From Balanoglossus misakiensis (Eukaryota; Animalia; Hemichordata): a DNA stretch of 64,000 nucleotides. A model generated the notes under the pieces. The model did not search any database. It saw only the letters and a list, made by a program, of their open reading frames with translations, and had not been told where the DNA came from. This document shows positions 50,501-59,900 of the stretch, in pieces (within the stretch, counting starts at the first letter, position 1; each line of letters opens with the position of its first letter). The translations under genes and the position numbers were made by a program. The stretch lies in the NCBI GenBank assembly GCA_040954595.2, contig CM082592.2:11627912-11691911 (forward strand), written 5' to 3'.

Positions 50501-52901
50501 GAATCTCTGAATTTTATAGATGTCTTTTGAGTGCATCATCCTTATATCGACAAGGAAATCTCAAGAAATCACAAGTTGTTTCTTCTATCTCAAAGATAAG
50601 AAGACCCATGTGGATTGTTAATGGTCAAATCGATAGAATGTGCGGAAACTGCTGGTATCATAATTGCACTGCATTTTAGCGAAAACAGACATGATGTGAG
50701 CCCTCATGTGTTTGCTTCTTCTTACTTTCTTTTTCTTCTTCTTTTTCTTTGATTCTTCCTTCTTCTCTTCTGCGTTTGTGTTTACATCTTCATCTGAAGT
50801 CTCGCTGTCCAGGTTAGATTTGACTACTTTGGATCGAAGGTACTACAAAATAGATTCATTGAAAACGCGAAAGTCATGTATAAGTACAATACGCTGACGC
50901 TGAATTGTTTTTAATCCGCAGAGAAAATGTATTTTGAACAATAACAGGGCAATGTACTGTCATCAAAGATATTACAAATGAAGTTCAGAGCAATTTCAAA
51001 GTAATGAACTCACATCCATGTCTGATATTCCTGTTTTTTCAGCTGCTTTCTTTTCTTTCTTCTCAGTTTCCTCTGTTTTTGTCTCATCTTCATTTCCTGT
51101 GGGATCTGATGACAAACAAATCATTGTAATTTATTGCAATGAGTCACAAACATTCATCTTACATCCCTTTACAGGTTAAGTCTGTAAGTGTGTGAACTCA
51201 CCGAACATTTCTTCATCTTCAGATTCAACCGAGTCCTCTTCATCAAACTGTACATCCAATGCTTTTTTTCTATCTTTACTTTTCTCCGCAGAAACCTTTG
51301 CAGCCTCCTTCACAGTGGCATCATTGCTCCATGCTTTGACTGTGCTTCTGTTTTTATGACTTTCCAAGAACTCTTGGAATTCGGGATCATCGTCCAGCTG
51401 AATAAGTACAAATGTGGGGGAAAATTTATAACTTCTGTGTGAAATCATAAGAGTCCAATTGTAAGTAATCTATCATCAGAAAAATCTAGACGACAAGACA
51501 TGGTCATTTTCATTGACATAGACAAATCAAATTTACACTATGAAAGTCACGAACACTACAGTCATTACCTCATCAAGGATTCCTGGTTTACTTTTCTTTT
51601 TTTCTTTCTTCTGCGAATAAAGGAGAAATGTGAGCCATAATTATTATGACAACAGTTCCAGTATCTACAACCTGACAACCAATTCAACATTATATAAATA
51701 TCAGAACAAATTAACAAACTAACTAACCACTACATACCTGAGTCTTGTCTGAACCATCACCTTCTTTCTGCATACCATCTGCACCACTATGTTCATATGG
51801 TTTCTGTCTCTGTGAGTATTTGCTCCATGGTCTGGGTAACTTATCATCACCAAGATTCCTGGCAATTTCAACCTACTCAAAATAATAAGAATTGATAATA
51901 TTATTATTTTAGTGGGAATAGGCCAGGAAAGCAAGACATTAGAGCAAAAGGTACTCCAATATACTCTACAACACAGTGTGAAAACTGACCTGTATCTTGG
52001 AGCTGTCAATGAATGTATTGTTGTAAAACTTCAATGCTGCCTGTGCTTGCTCTGGCGTCTTGTAGCCAATGAAACCAAACTGTCTAAATATACCATCCTT
52101 TGTGTACTTCAACTGTACATCAGTGATTTCACCTTGTGAGGAAAAGATACCTCGGAACTTCTCCTCTTTGGTCTGGACAAGAATGAAAAAGAAAAATGCT
52201 GTGAGACTTGAGGAACATTTGATGATAGTCATATATCATGCATTTTATCACTATGGATGACACAGCAATAAAACCACCACCACCACCATCACTATTGGTA
52301 GCACCATCATCCTCACCCCAACCCCATTCCAATAATGCCACCACGCCCACATTTATTCCATCATTATCACCACTATCACCATCCAGCTATTAGCCATTAT
52401 TATCATAGGTAGCACCACAGTATCAATGTATCTCAATGTCAACCCTGCCCCGCCCCCTAGAGAGTGCCACGCCCACTTTTATTACACACTAATTGTCTCC
52501 TGTTACAAGTGTCATATTCCTGTCGTCACTATCACCAGATATTTGCCATATCATTGGCACTATGGCAGCACCACTTTGACCTGTAACCATGCGTCTTCAA
52601 CGTCAACCCTGCCCCGCCCTCCTGGAAAGTGCCACGCCCCCTTTCATTCCACGCTAATTCACTCTTGTTCCAGGTGTCCTATCCATCTCAATTTTACAAC
52701 CTAGGCTGCATTACAAGTAAATTACTAATACAACCAATGTCCCATGCCCTATTTCACGACATACCGTTCATTTGCATACACAGACGACCAGACGATACCG
52801 CTATTGACAAAATTACCAGTGAAACACAACGACCAGACTTATCCGTCTATCAAAAAGACTCTTACCCCCTTTGGAAGATTCTTGACAATTATTCTGCTCA
52901 T
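44522..52901 (-). CDS. RBM19: RNA-binding motif protein 19 (Mrd1p ortholog, multi-RRM 40S ribosome biogenesis factor), spliced CDS of 26 exons, ~926 aa
   Basis: Manually spliced GT-AG exons in transcription order: 52866-52901, 51990-52172, 51738-51872, 51569-51610, 51202-51397, 51014-51105, 50726-50842, 50345-50437, 50084-50162, 49895-49966, 49392-49486, 49127-49171, 48891-48966, 48614-48744, 48302-48420, 48095-48191, 47842-47952, 47476-47676, 47233-47340, 46826-46945, 46662-46728, 46381-46519, 45315-45431, 45049-45154, 44761-44887, 44522-44598. Total 2781 nt, frame consistent. Starts MSRIIVKNLPKG. Family motifs include RQFGFIGYKT, PRPWSKYS, SGRLYVRNL, SSHNWNSLFIGANAV, PLYLEWAP, LSMGYGFVEY, KILVRNLPFEAT and STHLYGRRLVLEWA. 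Confidence 0.96.
45928..46337. repeat. Multi-palindrome element in the largest RBM19 coding-region intron (probable non-autonomous transposon)
   Basis: Arms 45962-45989 and 46053-46080 pair 27/28. Inner arms 46005-46018 and 46024-46037 pair 13/14 around a 5-nt loop. A second perfect 14-bp hairpin pairs 46292-46305 with 46324-46337. A small hairpin pairs 45928-45936 with 45950-45958. Confidence 0.8.
47065..47209. mobile_element. Degenerate pogo/Tc1-mariner-type MITE in an RBM19 intron
   Basis: Imperfect terminal inverted repeats: cagtcgaacctgtgttagtggtca versus tggccactatagacagatttcactt. The CAGT terminus is typical of pogo/Tigger-like elements. Internal repeats of the tatagtggcca motif. Confidence 0.55.
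52270..52425 (+). repeat. Low-complexity (CAC/CAT)-rich tract in RBM19 intron 1
   Basis: accaccaccaccaccatcac...accatcatcctcacc...atcattatcaccactatcaccatc. Confidence 0.6.
52431..52684 (+). repeat. ~90-bp direct duplication with GC-box/KLF motifs in RBM19 intron 1
   Basis: Copies 52431-52520 and 52594-52684 share tcaa.gtcaaccctgccccgccc...agtgccacgccc.cttt.att...ctaatt...tgtt.ca.gtgtc.tat. A partial third ccacgcccac lies at ~52341. Confidence 0.75.
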
Positions 52902-52912
52902 TCTGGCTTCAT

Positions 52913-53333
52913 AATCTTGTCGATATCAGCGGTATTTAGCTTAAAATTGGAAACGTAAACAAGACGTTCCTCAGTACACGTGCTTATGGTTATAGACCCT
53001 TTAAGCGTGTGGATATTATAACTTCCGGGGCAACCAAATCCAGGAAAAGTAAATTCGTAATCGCCGGTTACACCACTTTTATTCCCTTAAAAAATATTAA
53101 ATGCAAAATTTAACCCAGCTGATGATCTTTTTTCGACTTTTATAGATTCGAAATGTCAAAGGTGATATTTCTTAATCACCTAAAGGGCCCGCAAGTCTTT
53201 TTCCAAAATGGCGATTGGTGTTGTCTTTGGACAACCACTGAGGCTTAAAGAGGGTCACGTTGGTGCTCAGTAAAATTTTCACAGACTCGTGCTTACTTCA
53301 TCGGTTTTGTCATCAGTAGAGATCAAAATATAG
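52913..53333. promoter_or_regulatory. Bidirectional promoter region of RBM19/UBE3B, including a probable non-coding first exon of UBE3B (donor at 53333/53334)
   Basis: The divergent ATGs are 1.08 kb apart. E-box CACGTG 52977-52982, ETS/GABP-type ACTTCCGG 53021-53028 and YY1-type CAAAATGGCG 53204-53213 are present. Donor AG|GTGAGT at 53333 pairs with acceptor ttttcag at 53968, just before the UBE3B ATG. Confidence 0.75.
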
Positions 53334-53614
53334 GTGAGTTCACTTTTGGCTTAAACCAAGAGGCCATCGAACTGAATAATTTATGGTCGTGGTATAAATT
53401 TTCAGTACGTCAACGTTTGGGTTGTCGATTGCAGACATTGTATTGTGACAGGCGAGGATGCCTAAAAGTTGGTCTTTATAATCAATATTGTGTTACAGTA
53501 ACAAAGTTTAGGGAGTCAAGTTACATCTAAAGAGATCAACATTTGAAAAGAATGGAGAGATCGTCGATTGTGTAGTTTTGTTGCTGATCTTATCCACAGT
53601 CCCTCTTGAGGTCA

Positions 53615-53801
53615 AAGGGGAGAACCATTTGATTTATGGGGGTGGGTGGAGGAATTGTAGGGGGATTGTTGGCAGATGGTGCGGAGGAAAAAATCTTCTG
53701 CAATGCGTTAGGAAAAAGATGGACTGGCAATTGAAAAAAACTTGCTGACGTACTCACATCCTCCACCTCCCCTCCCCTCAAAATCAAATGGTTCTCCCCT
53801 T
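53615..53801. mobile_element. MITE with perfect 21-bp terminal inverted repeats in the UBE3B 5'UTR intron
   Basis: aaggggagaaccatttgattt (53615-53635) is the exact reverse complement of aaatcaaatggttctcccctt (53781-53801). Subterminal G-rich and C-rich arms extend the pairing. Confidence 0.8.
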
Positions 53802-53983
53802 AGAACCGTTTTTTTTTTTTTTTTTTTTTTTTTTTGGGGGGGGGGGCTTGGTTGGGCCACTGTAGTTGCAACAATTGTTTTTTTCAAGAGAATTATAGTG
53901 TTTGTAAGAGACATGCTACTGCATTAGTTTGATCATCATTTTTACTTTCACTTATAACTTTTTTTCAGCTACAAGGTTCAAAA

Positions 53984-56900
53984 ATGTTCAGCCAAGTTGA
54001 CACCAAAAAGAAGAATGACTTCCTAGACAAGCAGAAAGAGGCACGGAATGAAAGAGCCAATGAAAAAAAGAGAGAAGAAGCTACCATCCAAATCCAGGTA
54101 CATTTTTTTTATTATTTAGACACACATTTATACTATATAAATTGTAAATGTCATCATATAAGCTTAGATCCAGATAGTCAACTGGGTTCTGTGGCATTTG
54201 ATATATAATACACTTTTGATATTTACCTCTGTCATCAGAAAGATATGTATAACTGCAAGATTAGTTTATCTATACTAAAACATTTCTACTTTCACATTGA
54301 TTTTTTCAGGCTGCTGTTCAAGGATTTCTTGCCAGACGTAGACTCCGACGCAGACTGACCAAACAACTTGACGCAATTATAGATCAAGTGTCACCCAATA
54401 AAGATAATGCTGAAGCCAACAAACCCAAATTCAGCCCAGGTTTGTACCTGTGTGAATATCATGAATCTTCAAAAAATAGTTTTTAGTTATTTATTAGAGG
54501 CAATTGTGAAATCAGAAATTAATAACATCTGTAATTTTACATTGCTTTGTTTGTCTACCCTTCAGCAATTGATTTGTTCATCGCTGTCAAGAGATTCTTG
54601 TTTGTCTTCAATGAAAACAAAGATGGTGATGTAAGTATATTTTATTTTCTTGACCACAGCATATGTAAATAATTTTAATTTCCATTACTGTGTGCTGTAT
54701 ATCATTTATTTTCTATGTTTGATTCAAATTTTCTGTTTTCACAGAGGTTCGAGAAGTTATGCAGATATATCGTGGCTTGCATGGAAGCTGAAGGTGAACC
54801 AAAGGTGAGTGAGAACATCATTGTTATTTTCAGTCCATTACCCTTTTGCCACCATGGTACAGTCCAAACCCATTGTTTTCTTTAGTAAGGTCAGACCTCT
54901 AAAGGAGAACTGGGGGTGGAAGGGTTAAGAGACAGAGATCATCTTGAGTGATGGATCCAACAGTCCAGTAACTCGTATGTCTGTCTGACAGTGATACAAA
55001 TGTTCTTACGCTGTTTTCTGCAACTTTCTGTTTCCAAAAGGTTTGGTATGTGTCACTGGCATTATCCAAGGACCATGTGTTACCATGGATCCAACAATTG
55101 AAGTTCATTCTGTGGCAGAGTTGTCAGTACATGAAGACACTCAAGGTGAGAGAGAATTCAGACACATCTGATCTTTCATGGCTGTGTGACAAAGAACTGA
55201 AAAGCTTGCAGTTACAAGAGAACGGTGACACTATCTGTGTATATTAATGGATCAACTAAACAATTTCTAAATCCATTTGATACCTTTCATTATTGGCATA
55301 TTGATCAGTTATTGACACTGAATCTGCATGTATTTGATTGAAATAGATCTATACTTTACATACATAATTGACATTTTCTCTTTTACATGCAGCCAGAGTC
55401 TCCCAACGACAGCAAAGTGCTGACACTGTATCTACATATGCTGTTTACGTTTACTGACACAGCAACTTGGAAGATTCTCAAAGTCAAAGGAGGTAATGTC
55501 ATCCAGTTGTCAGTCTCTGTCTGTGGACGCATCCTTTAAATGCTTTTACCATCATGGTCCTGTCTACTGTGGTAAATTTAGTCTATGTAAATGCTTCTCT
55601 GATTGTGCACCTCTAACTACAACCTGTTTTCTTTTCAATCTCAGGAGAGGGCTTAGCACCAGGTATGAATCAGCTGTGTGCCAATGTTATGGGTCATCTG
55701 AACAGCAAGGGGATATACGTCGTCCTCAAAACAATCCTATTGCAAGGTTTAGCCAGGTCCAAACCGGTCTTCAAACATGCAACCTTGGCAGCCATCTTAA
55801 AGATTGCTCTCAGGTAGGTCAATAATGCATGCTGATGTAAAGATTGCTTCACCAGGAAAAAGAAAGTCATACCAATTGTGACAACCCTTCCAATGCTTGT
55901 TATTTGTTGTCACTCACAGACCGCTGGTTGCTGGCAAGTTTACAGACAATTTGCTTACAATATTTCTGGTCCACATACTCTCAGTGCCTGCGATAATACT
56001 ACATTTGTCAACGTTAGCACCTGAGGTAAGTTACAGTCTTGGTCATGAATTAATACCAGATCTGTGGGGTGGGGAGTCAATATGCTCTGTTATATATCAA
56101 AAATCCCCCTCCCCATAAAGACTTGCCATTCCCTAGCAAGAATTAGAATCAACATGATCATCAGAGATGTCAATTCCTGTTTATGAAATAGATGTGTTGT
56201 CTTTGGCACCTTTAATAAAATGTCAGGATGTGATGTGGATTCATCTTGCTTGTCTTCGGGGTATGAAGAGCAGTGACATTCAAATTTCACAGCAGATATT
56301 AACACCTCATGCCATTGACAGCTCAGTTTTCCACCCACCATTTGAGTGAATAAACTGTCATTTTTTCTCTGCAGTGTCTAAAGGCTTTGACAACACACGA
56401 GATCTTTAAGAGAAGTTTACACATGCTTTCATCAGAACAGAACACCAAGATTATATTCAATTCCCTTGAAGGCAACTATGCACTGTGTTTGCTTGGTAAG
56501 TGCATTGTATAGCAGACTGATCAAATCAAAGATGTCACTGTAATTTTGTTGCATTGGAAGTCTTTATTTCAAAGGAGAACATTGTTTTTACAATTATTTT
56601 CCTGTTGACCATTTTTTATGTCGTTGCATACAGTAGTTTATTCTTGTGCTACTCTTATTTTCAGCAAACCTGGTACAGTTGGGGAACATCCATTCAGAGG
56701 TGTGTTTATATAATACTATTATTATATATGTACATGTAAAACATTTACTCATGCAATTGGAAATTAATTTTGACATCATGTGAACTGAAGATTGGATGAA
56801 ATTTGTCTCGTCTTTCAAAGCCAAAGAACAATATTTTAAAAAGCGTAAGCAATCAGTGTAGTGTATTCTGTATTTGATAATAAACATTTTATAATTCTTT

Positions 56901-59900
56901 TCAGGCCTTGACATCAAATGTTTCTGCCTTTACCGTGAGTATTATCTTTTAGCAATAAGGTTTGGTTAAATCCTTGAAATGTATGAAGTTGACTCAAAGT
57001 AAGAATGATTAACACAATAAATACACCACATATAATATCATGATCAGCTTGATGTTTTTTCTGTGCATCAGTCATCTTGCCTGAAAAAAAGTTAATACTT
57101 GGGAGAATGGCCAAAAATGCTGAGTTTGATTTTTGTGATTTCAGAGAGTAGTCGGTCTGCTGCTATCCAAGTGCCAGAGTTACGTAGCTTTGAAGAAATC
57201 CAACAACACACACTGGCATCCGGTCTTAGGATGGTTTTCACAATCAACAGATCATGGGTAGGTAATGTGTACACATGGAAGTTGAAAGACAGAAGGTGCA
57301 TGTTACTTTAGGAAGACAACCAGTAGACTGAAGATGTCATCACCAGTAATGTGACAATAATCACAACTTGAATGTTGCATACACCTTTTGTTTTTTGTAG
57401 TCTACATGAATCCATGCCCTTTGTGGTCAGACAGTTACAGCTGTTATGGAACCCTTCCACTGTCAAGTTACTCTTCAATGACATCCTCACACAGCCATTG
57501 CGAACACCAGATGGATCACCAGAGAAGATGGTGGTATCACCCCCAGTCAATGCGTCAAGTCCCAAAAGTAAGTATTCCCTTGTAATGGGCAGGAACATCA
57601 TCATCATGTAATGTTGCGGTTTCTCAGATTTGTTGAACCATATTTCATAGGTTTAAAGTTGAAACCACCACCTGTGTGTATTTTGTTTATTTAGCCATGT
57701 CATCTCTCAATATTCCTTCAGATATAATTCTCAGAAAGTTGCAGAGGTCAGGTTCAAAGTCTAGTGGAACCAACTCCAAGGGAAGAAGCATCACTTCACC
57801 AGAAGTCAAAACCATATGCAGTGTTTGTGAACTCTATCAGACAGCATTGGTGACACTCACACAGCTTAGAATGGATATCTTGACAGGTAATGGCCAACAG
57901 AGCTTTGTGATACCTCAACTTCAGTGGTTTCCTTCTGCTACACTGAAAATACAGTTTGTCAATTAACATTAAAATGAATGAAGTTGTTCATGATCTGCCA
58001 TTCCTCGATGTTGCTTCACTTAGGGCTGAGTTACCAAGATGTGCTGTTGTCCAACCTGTGGAAGTTCATCTGGGAGCTGGGACCAAACGGACCACTCAAA
58101 CTGTACACAGAACAGTTGCAGACGGCAACAGACCAACCCATCTTCTCTGTACTGACACTCTTCTGTGACTGTGCTGGCCATCTCATCACGTGAGTGTCTC
58201 AAAAGCAAAACTGCAGCTCTTCTAGAAACAAGAAAACAATTTTGAGGTCATCTTTAACTTCTTACTGGAACTTTCTCAGCGATAAACAACCAAATTATTA
58301 TGGCACCTTAATTTCTAATTTTCTTTCTCGCCAGTGTCTTGGATGACTTGGAATTGTATGAACAACAGACACCATTCAAAGTGTCAGATCTGGTGGCAAT
58401 GTCCAAAATTCTGAACACCTTTGTGTTCCGTATGATATGGGACTTTGGCATCTATGGTAAGCAGTTTGCCATGTCAGTCAGTTTTGGACTTGGAATTTAT
58501 AAATATTTTGTTTAATTTCATTTTTTTTTTTCCCCTATGGACTCAACACATAAACCAAACCAACATTCTTACAGTGCTGCAAACATCTGATATACTTCTC
58601 TTTCACTTCTTCCCCACAGACAGCAAATCCAAGTATTCTAATTTATTCAACTCATCCCATAATTTATTAATGTTGCTGTATGATAGAGATTGTCGCAGAT
58701 CCTTCACACCAGAGAACCACTGGTTAATGAAGTAGGTATACTTCTAGTGAAAGCATATGATTCTATTTCTTTCCATATTTTGGGTCATCTTCTATTGCTT
58801 TCATCATTTACAACATTTAAAACTGGCATCTATTTGATTTTGTTTTCAGGGATCTGAAAGCAAGTGTCTTTATATCAGAATTGGAGAAAGCAAAGCGAAG
58901 AGCACAAGTCGTGTTGCAGAAAATACCGCATGTCATTCCACACAGAGATGTAAGTCTGTAGTAGACATTGTTTTTCTGATTTCAGGAATACACATATTTC
59001 TATGTTCACATTGTTTGTGTTTGTACCATGGCACATTGAAATTCTGGGTTTCACCTACTGCTGTTGAGACAGACTTTGGAAGTGTTTGGTCAAAACTGTG
59101 AAAATTGTATCCAGTAAGTTCATTTGTTGTCGTCTTTCAGAGGGTGATTCTGTTCAGGAAGTATGTATCAAACGAGAAAGCTGCCTTGAGTATTACAGAG
59201 TCTGTCAGTGCCTCTCCAGCATCTACACTTATCACTGTACATAGACCGAGACTCATTGAGGTAAGTCATGACAACAGAATACTGTATTCCTTAGAATCAT
59301 TCCAGTCACAGAATACACCTCAAGTGCTTATTTTTTCCTTTTGTTTAATTTCAGGATGGATATCGACAATTAGCCGCTCTGCCAGCACAGGCTTTGAAAG
59401 GAGTCATCCGAGTTCGATTTGTCAATGAACAGGTGAGAACACCATCCCCCCACACCACTATAGTCCAGTCCAAGTTCACTGTTATCTATGGTCAGGTTGG
59501 ACCTCTAAAGAGGGAACTGGGGGTGAAAGGGTTAAGTGTTCTGTGTCCAAACCTGCTCCCCATAGATACAGTAAGCACTGAGAACATCTCTTTCCATATG
59601 TTTCAGGGTTTGGATGAGGCAGGTATAGATCAAGATGGTGTCTTCAAAGAGTTCTTGGAGGAAACTATCAAGACAGTCTTTGATCCATCGCTCAACTTGT
59701 TCAAAGTAAGTGTAGTGGAAACAAAGGCTGTGAGGTCAATGCTTTAATGTTTCGTTAAATCTCTGGGCTGATTCATCATGTTTTGATAACTACATGTATG
59801 TCAGATATTTTAACATTTTGTTATTTTTAGATGACAAGTGGAGAACAGAGGTTGTATCCCAGTCCGACATCGTACATTCAGGAGAATCATTTACAGTTGT

